Positions 55,531 to 64,000 of a stretch of DNA of 64,000 nucleotides are shown here, piece by piece. This DNA comes from Octopus vulgaris (Eukaryota). The stretch covers positions 109,926,001 to 109,990,000 of the forward strand of contig OX597822.1 of assembly GCA_951406725.2 (NCBI GenBank), in the 5' to 3' direction. The notes beneath the pieces were generated by a model that did no database searches, was not told the DNA's origin, and saw only the letters and a list, made by a program, of their open reading frames with translations. A program made the position numbers and the translations under genes. Positions within the stretch are counted from its first letter, which is position 1; every line of letters begins with the position of its first letter.

Positions 55531-55767
55531 TACATTGAAACTAGGTTGCATGTATGTATGTATGTATGTATGTATGTATGTATGTATGTATGTATGTATG
55601 TATGTATCTATGTACTTATATACATACATGCGTGTTTATATATTTATATATATATTCATTTCATTTCATTTCATCTAGTTTCAGCTCACGAGCTGTGGCC
55701 ATGCTGGGGCACTGCCATATATATATATATATATATATATGGTGCATATATATATAGCCACTACACA

Positions 55768-55923
55768 CATTTTTTCTCTCCTTGTTTTTTCTGTGTACCT
55801 TTCTGTAGAAGAACGTAGGCTTGAAACGTAAAAGACTTTTCTATTCCTGAGCGTTATACTAATACATCTGTTTGTTTTGTACACCACCTGTCTTCGTCTT
55901 TTGTTTTCATCGTAAACTTTCCC

Positions 55924-55925
<2 letters not shown>
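55768..55925 (+). mobile_element. Short hammerhead-bearing repeat
   Basis: cttt CTGTAGA agaac-gtag-gctt GAAAC GTA aaag (55799-55834); same family as 50208-50350. Confidence 0.7.
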
Positions 55926-55955
<30 letters not shown>

Positions 55956-56128
55956 TCCACACATACATACATATACACACGTATATATATGTATGTGTAT
56001 ATCTTTATATAATTGTGAAACAGCGATACGCTTATAATATATAGATAAATGCAAATATCGCTTTCTCTCTGTCTTTTATACATTCACCGTATATATATAA
56101 ATGTATTATATATTCTATTATATATTCA

Positions 56129-56172
<44 letters not shown>

Positions 56173-57082
56173 GTAACTCGTGTTTGAATGTATATTATAA
56201 ATTCACTGCATACACATATATACTCATTGAAATATTGTCAAACACAAGAATATAGAAACTAGTTTTAGCATTTGCTTTAGTAATATACATCTATAGTAAT
56301 AAATGCTTAGAAGTTTGAATCGAATATTGTAGAACATCTGGATGTTATTAGGTTTGGTCCAAACAGAAAGGTGAAGTTGATATTAGTGTCATACTTGAGA
56401 TGTATGCGATAGCTTGTAAGTTATTATAAGAATGCTTGAAATACTAATATTAATAGAAAAACTTGTATCAAAATTCCGTTCGCTATTTTCCGACATTATA
56501 TCTTGTAACCCTCTCCTATGAAGATCGATATGTAAGGTGAAAAGTTATCCAAAGTTAGAGCAGTTAACGTCAATGTTTTCAGCTAAACGGAAATATCATG
56601 TATAGCCGAGCATATCATAAATATAAATCTGTTCTACTTGTCATTAACTTCAAACCATAGGCAGTTTTTGGATAATGTATAATGCTGATATGGGATATGC
56701 TATTGAATGTCACTGTTCATTACCGCACTTTTCAATGTTCGATTCCCAATCGAATATACAACGTATAATTTAGGACCTCGATATCTCCTATACAATATCA
56801 ATTGTGTGCTTGATCAAAAATAGTCAATGAATGATCGAAGTCAAGTTCACTCTATAATCGAACTATAAGATAAAATTGTTGTTGTTAAAGTTCTCCACCC
56901 AATGAAATCCTTATCGAAAACTTCGTTCCTGTATTGCCCTTTTCCACTATCTATTGATTTCCGTTGGGCTATTTACGTAGTAGATTAATTTAACCCCACT
57001 AATTTGGTGTGCATATAATCGACGTCAACGGCAGACTATAAAGAAAGCTTTAGCATAAACTGTGTATGATATAAATACCACA

Positions 57083-57306
57083 CGATGAGCTGGCAGAAAC
57101 TTTAGCACGCCGGGCGAAATGCTTAGTAGTATTTCGTCGGCCGTTACGTTCTGAGTTCAAATTCCGCCGGGGTCGACTTTGCCTTTCATCCTTACGGGGT
57201 CGATAAATTAAGTACCAGTTACGCACTGGGGTCGATGTAATCGACTTAATCCTTTTGTCTGTCCTTGTTTGTCCCCTCTATGCTTAGCCCCTTGTGGGTA
57301 GTAAAT
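57083..57306 (+). mobile_element. SINE family B
   Basis: gagctggcagaaac...gagttcaaattccgccggggtcgactttgcctttcatcc. Confidence 0.88.
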
Positions 57307-58213
57307 ATATTTTCCTTTTATATGTACTGTCCATATAAACAGAGAAAGAGAGAGGAGAGGCTATAAGGAAAAGGAAGCAAGCAGACAGAACACCAAGGAG
57401 GCAGAGAGAGCTAGAGATGGAGGTTGAGGGAAGAAGTACAGAGTGATAATCCCTTCCAGTTTCGTCAATAGTGGCTCACAAACTCACTGACAAGCAGATA
57501 GTCGTTATATGAATTTTGCGGGCACTTCGTATTTCTAAATGAAGCAATATGTTGACTATTCTCTCCTGTTCATTATTAGCGAACGTTATGTTGTATCATA
57601 TTTTTATTTACTTTATATATTCGTATGTGATTGATTGCAGGTGTGAGTATAGGTGTAGACACACATATATATACAATAAACTTCAACGAAATGTCTGTCA
57701 GCTATATTTCATTCACAAGAAGTTATTCAAACCGAAGCTATTTTAAAAATGGGCTTCGTAATCAGAGTGCGTTATTGCATAGTGAACCGTTTGACTACAT
57801 ATTCGTGCCTACAAAAACAGCCACTTAACTGTGATAAATACTAAATTTTCTCATAGTGTCTCATTAAATATATTTGACAATGCATCCTTCTCGCCTTAAG
57901 AAAGTAAACTTTGATCTGAGGGAGATTTGTCTATCCAGTAGAGACACCTTTATTAACACATAAAAGTCGATATTGGTTGTGACAATAGTCCATAGGGTTA
58001 CATGCCAATCGCCACCCAGCGGACAGCTTATTACATATTATTGAAAATCTTGTTTCGTCTTGCCATCTTCCTGCATGAATTATATAGAAAGTTATAGTCA
58101 GTGTTGATGGTCGCTACAAAGTACATTTTTCCTGACAATGAATAAGATAGATCTCTCCTACAGATAGTGTATAAACAACTCTCTACATGAGTTATTGTTT
58201 ACGTTATATATAT

Positions 58214-58417
58214 AATATGTGACCACGTGTGTATCGTTGGCGATTTTCTTTCTCCGTCTTCCCTTCCTTGGACCTTTCCCTTTTTCTATTTTTCTGACGA
58301 AGAGCTCCGCTCGAAACGTTGAAAATCCTTCTTTCTTTCCTTTCCTGAGCGTCCAATAACACTATGCTTGTTCCACGTCCTCGCGTTGTTGTGTTTTCTC
58401 TTTGTTCATATTTGGAT

Positions 58418-58422
<5 letters not shown>
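58214..58422 (+). mobile_element. Short hammerhead-bearing repeat in (TA)n, canonical core
   Basis: ttt CTGACGA agagc-tcc-gctc GAAAC GTT gaa (58291-58323); reverse complement of 18041-18255. Confidence 0.8.
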
Positions 58423-58484
<62 letters not shown>

Positions 58485-60254
58485 TAATTTTCAAACAATA
58501 GAGTATCTCCTGCCAAGGAAGACTAGCCCAATACAATGACAATGACGGTTTTAACGAAATACAAAATACAATAAATACAATGAATTCTCGCAAATTCCCA
58601 AGTATTCACTATTTCCTTTTAGTGAAGTTTGATAACAATACCATGAGTAATAGTAAAACGCTAAACATTTCCTGAGTCTCTGGGTAAAGCGTAACAAATC
58701 CTCTTTGACTGAAAGGCATGTAAACATTGTGGCTATCTTACAGTATTTGTACTGTGGAAGAGACGTTATTTTAGATTGCTTCATGTTTTTGAAGGGAAAA
58801 ATCATAATAAATTTCTCATCTTATCATGGGCATACATTAAAGTGATATGGCTCCTTATTTCCGCATGAGCCAGAATATAAGACGCATTATTCTTAATGTA
58901 TAAAACTATTACCCTGTATCTAATGTGGCCGTATTTTGAACATGGAGATGTCGTAGGCCAAGGAACCGAATTAACATAATCCTACTCGGCACAACAACTA
59001 TTATTAAAATTTTTTTAAATATCTAAATATAACGTATAAAGTATAAAAAGCTATTAACGTAATCTTACGACGGTAGTTACTTGGTGAGCTCATATATTTT
59101 CATTATGACCCTTTCCTGAGCGTACATAATCAATACCTGATATGTGTAGTACATTATTTAATAAGTCTGTTACCTTTAAGAAGCATTTTGTTGTTACTTA
59201 AATAATCTTTCTCATAAATTGATGAAACGATTCTTAAACTTTCATCCGCCTATCAGTTATTTGCAACGAATTCATAGCTGCTGCGTACGAGCCTGACACT
59301 AATCACGTCTATACAAAATGCCACAACTAGAAATACGAATTACACATTCTGTATGGTAATTCTCTCGAACAGAATATAAGCGACAATATAGTTGATCTGA
59401 AAGAAGATAAAGTTGAAATACGGTGCACGTGTAAAGTAGATTATTTATGATAAAACTTATGGTTTTATACTTTATTCCAGTATATTGTCACGACATTGTA
59501 CTTACATGCACAGAATTATACATTTTCGTAACAAAACCACTTGAAAACAGCCTTCATTAATTGTATGGTAAAATACTCTAAATTCCTCTTTCTTTCTACA
59601 AAATATACAACGTCAATCAAAAATAGTATGTACACTATAGATAAACATGTGAACTTTTTTTCATTTTAGGTATTGTATATTATTATACCTACATAAGATT
59701 AGATACATTATGTTTTGTATGAGTATTGACTGGTTACTAAATCTTCATTTATTAAAGCGTTATCTACAGTTGTCGAGTCATTCTAGTAATTTGTAAGTTG
59801 TGTTTTACTTGGTAACATTGCTATTGTACCCAATGTATAATTTGTTTTCTAAACAACTCAAACATTATAATTGCACGTTGTTGTTTATTGTTGGCTAATT
59901 CCCTGTTGATTCTAGATCTGATTACCGCCTTCTAATGACCACCTGTTTGCGACAAATTGCTTACTTGTACGTTCCAAATTCATTACCTATTGTCTCTTTG
60001 ATCTCCAATCCTAGAAAGTTGTTTTCTTAGATTGTATTACTACTTTGCGAACGATGTTTACTTGGTTGTAGCCCTTCTATAGCCGCTTTAGTAGTTTTAT
60101 TATCAGTTTGTGGAGTCTACCGAGAGAAAATAATCGGAGAACGATAGGGAATAATACGAATGTAATAATATATGCGGATTTTGGTCGCTTATGCTAGTTA
60201 GTTCTTTGGAAACTTCAGTTTTAAATCGGTCTTCAATAAAAATCTTTCCAGCAC

Positions 60255-62170
60255 TATGCACCAAAACCTACCAACACCCTCGTATCAGTCATATATAACT
60301 GGCGTGTAATACACCTGGAGAACAACAATGTTTTACCAGAAGAACGAAATGGTGGCCAGAGAACAGTGTATGGCTGTAAAGAGCAACTTCTGGCGAATCG
60401 AGCCATCATAGAGGATTCCAGAAAGCGAAAGGCAAACCTCAGCATGGCTTAGATTGCTTACCACAAAACATTAGACGGTGTTCTACATTCATGGCTACTG
60501 GAATCTCCCCACATAATTAAGGTTGCTCCAACACTACTAAAGTATCAATATGTAATGGCTAACTAGAAAATTAAGTATATCACGAAAAAATGAATCACAA
60601 GACATTAAAAGCTGCATTATACCCATAAGAAGAGGGTTTTTCCAAGCAGACGCGCTGTCACCCCTGCTTTTCTGCCTTACTATGACCTCACTAACAAACT
60701 TGTTAAATGAAACAACCATGGATTACAGATACTATGGACAGACGATAAACGAAAACACTATACGATGATGATGTAAATATTTTCACTAAAGATACCAGGG
60801 AACAGAGACATATTCTGAAAATTGTCCATAATTTCACCAAGGACATTAAGTTGAGTATGGAGCTGGACAAATTTGCCAAAGTGACACTGAGAAGAGTCAA
60901 ATTAATCTGCACTGAAAATATTGTTATCGACATAGACACAGAAATCAGAGTATTAGAAAACAGTCGCCCGTACAAATATCTAGGAATAGACGAGACAGCT
61001 AAAGTACAACTAAGAGAAATGAAAGACAAAATTAGGAAGGAATATTACAGAAATGTTAGACTGATATTAAACATTGAATTAAATCCCGAAGATTAGATAA
61101 TAGGGATAAACACACTTGCCATGCCAGTGATAAATTACAGATTCAAAATTATAAACTGGAAGATCAGCGAATTGAGAGACTTAAATAGAAAACCCAGAAA
61201 ACTATTAACGGCATACCGAAGAGAGCACCCCAAAGCAGAGACAGATACAATATCTCTACCCCGCACAGAAGGAGGTCGCAGATTGGTACAGATAGAGGAT
61301 TATTATAAAATAATAGTTAGACTAGAAACTTAGAAACAAAATGTGGAAGACTAATTCATTTGATAACGGAACACAGGAAAAGAAAACGCTTTCTCTATAG
61401 ACAAGAAGGTGACGGCATACAAAACCGTAGAAAATTACACTGATACACCAATCTCAGATGACAACAGTAGAAATTATCAAAGAGACAAAAAAACAACATG
61501 GAAACAGGACTAGAACATATACAAATGGGAAAATGGAGAGAAAATTCACTCCATGATCAATATCCTGTAAGGTTTTACACGGAAGAAGTGATCTTAAATA
61601 AAATCCACCAATGGTTCAAAAGCTCTGGACTAAGAGCAGAAACAGAAATACTGATTCTAGCAGCACAAGCCCAATGTTTGACCACAAACAACTATAAAAG
61701 GAGAATAATAAAAACAGGCTCTAACACCAAATGCAAAATGTGCAACCAGCTCAATGAGGCAGTTGACAACATCATCTCTGGCTTCCCAGCTTTTGCCAAA
61801 TTTGGATATATGTATACAGACATGACCGAGTAGGTACTAACACCCACTGGGCAATATGCCAACAATATGCAAACAAGGTACATAGCACACTCATCTGGGA
61901 TATATCTGTTCAGACTGATCAAACATAGAAGCTATTCTTCGACAAATAACTATCAAGGATCAGGAAAAAATACGACAGACATCACAATGGCTTCTGATCA
62001 CAATAGTGCCCAATAAGAGGTAGAAATATTGTCAAAGTATCAAGACTTCAAATTTGAAGTATTCACGATATGGGGTATGAAGGTAAAAACAATACCAGTA
62101 GTAGCTGCAGTATTGGGTATGATAAAAACATATGAACAAAAACATAAAAGCTATACAGGGACACTTAACA
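60255..62170 (+). mobile_element. R4/Dong-type LINE, decayed RT + RLE
   Basis: GCKEQLLAN, HSWLLE, RRGFFQADALSPLLFCL, YDDDVNIF, YKYLGI, GGRRL, SSGLRAETEILILAAQAQCL, CKMC, SKYQDFKFEV..IPVVAAVLG. Confidence 0.88.
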
Positions 62171-62588
62171 CTACACACTATCCAACAAATAGCCCATCTA
62201 TGTACGATCCACGTTCCACGTAAGACACTATCGATTCAATAACATAACCCAAGCAAAACAATCCACGTACACAAGACACTCTATAGAGTAAATATTCAAT
62301 AAAATAAACAGCCACCAGATGCCTGTTACCCAACAGAACACAACCCACATAACACACAACACGCAATACAAACACTGATGCGACAAAAGACTGCGACCAG
62401 TCCCCATAACAAAACGAACCGGCGCAATACAATGCCGGAAGAGTTTGCGCTCCTCCGACAACAGTAAATAACACATAATTGTGCTACACGGAGGTGTAGC
62501 AGTTGATGCAATAGAAATTTGCCTGAATCTACCAAATGTTGAATAATAATAATAACAACATCAACAACAATGAAAAAGATAGCAGTAG

Positions 62589-62700
62589 TACTGCGTGGCA
62601 CCTTGGGCAAGTGTCTTCTACTATAGCCTCGGGCCGACCAAAGCCTTGTGAGTGGATTTGGTAGACGGAAATTGAAAGAAGCCCGTCGTATATATGTATA
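62589..62700 (+). mobile_element. SINE family A central part, ending in the TA tract hit by the transposon
   Basis: ctgcgtggcaccttgggcaagtgtcttctactatagcctcgggccgacc...aagcccgtcgtatat. Confidence 0.85.
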
Positions 62701-62704
62701 TATA

Positions 62705-63935
62705 CAGGGTGTCCCAAAACAATGTATGCACACTTTAAACAATTATAAAGTAGTTGTTTATTAAAAGACACTTCATTTTCAAAATTTAATAGAATCTACA
62801 GACATTATTTTATTGTTTTGTCAATGCCTGTTTTCAAACTGATGTCCGGTCTGGTCCAGGCACTGCTGACAACGCAAAGGAATGGAATCACAAATATCAC
62901 AAAAGAATTTGTTTGGTATTTGTGTGCACTCTCGTCCAATGGCTGCTCACAAATCAGCGACTTGTAGGTTTCATAGCGTAGAATTTGTCTTTAAGGTATC
63001 CCCATAAAAAAGTCTAGTGGTGTGAGGTCTGGTGAATTCAACCATACCTCTTCATCCAATCCACCTGTTTAGCAAGATCTCATCAAGGAAGGATCTAACA
63101 TAGCAATGGTAGTGTGAGGGTGCCCCATCTTGCTGAAAATAAAACTCCTCATCTTCAAAGTCTTCTCTAATGCTTGGCATAACAGACTGTTGCAACAAGT
63201 TCAAGTAAACGGGACCAGTCACAGTAGCATAAGAAAAGAATGGTCTAATTAATCCTCTTGATGATAAACCACACCACACAAATATCAAATTAACATGGTG
63301 TTTCACCATAACATGCAGATTCTCAGGACCCCAGTAGGTGCAATTGTGGCAGTTAATTGAACCATTTAATTTGAATGTGGCTTCATCACTCCACACAATC
63401 TTTGTTGGAAAGTGCGCATCTTCTACACATCGTGCCAAGTACCACTCGCAATGCTGCACTCTTTCGTCTGGATCATCATCATTAATAGCATGGACTAATC
63501 TTGGAATGTAACTTTTCCATTGACAATGCTTCAAAATGCATTTTGGAATACCTACCTCATGACTCGCTTTGCCGCACATATTTTCTTGGACTTTGGTGAT
63601 TCATTTCCAGTACTCCTTGCTTTGTTGGGGTTGTTGATGTTCGGGGTCTTCTGGAATGCTTATCGTGGACATTCTGAACAGTTCCTTCAGCTTCAAACTT
63701 ATCTCTAATTCAAGTGATAGGGAGTTGCATTGGTGGATCTGTTTGAAACTCCCTCCCCAACTGTTTTTGCACTTCAACTGCATTTTCACACTTCCAGTAT
63801 TATTTTAGAATGAATTTTCTTTGTTCAAAGCTTAATCTGACTACCATCATTAAATCCTATAGGTTTCATCTGGAAAGAAAAAATATTAATTGAGTTATCA
63901 GCTGCTAAAGTGTGTATACATTGTTTTGGGACACC

Positions 63936-63938
<3 letters not shown>
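62705..63938 (-). mobile_element. Complete Tc1/mariner-superfamily transposon (DD41D rosa/Visitor-like), 33-bp TIRs, TA TSD, transposase disrupted
   Basis: TIR cagggtgtcccaaaacaatgtat(g/a)cacacttta at both ends (1 mismatch), TA on each side; [28 protein letters not shown]; frameshifts and stops. Confidence 0.93.

Positions 63939-64000
<62 letters not shown>

Overview
Very AT-rich, microsatellite-dense eukaryotic intergenic/intronic DNA; the SINE families look like those of octopus/coleoid cephalopods (inference from recall, not a database match). No intact host gene was recognised; most ORF-track entries are simple-repeat artefacts. The window is a mosaic of decayed transposons: four Tc1/mariner elements (one complete with TIRs and TA TSD), R4/Dong-type, CR1/L2-type, RTE and Tx1-type LINE fragments, three Penelope-like GIY-YIG remnants and many tRNA-derived SINEs. 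The most striking signal is about 17 minimal type-I hammerhead-ribozyme-like motifs, several with altered cores. They occur in Penelope terminal repeats, in short solo elements in microsatellites, and in a fold-back element that joins a tRNA-like Pol III head to a hammerhead tail (12945-14108), a candidate Penelope-mobilised SINE. Other oddities are a 250-bp GC-rich foreign insert, a ~140-bp direct repeat flanking a SINE, and repeated TE insertion into one SINE's internal microsatellite. Coordinates were read by eye; the boundaries of decayed elements are approximate.
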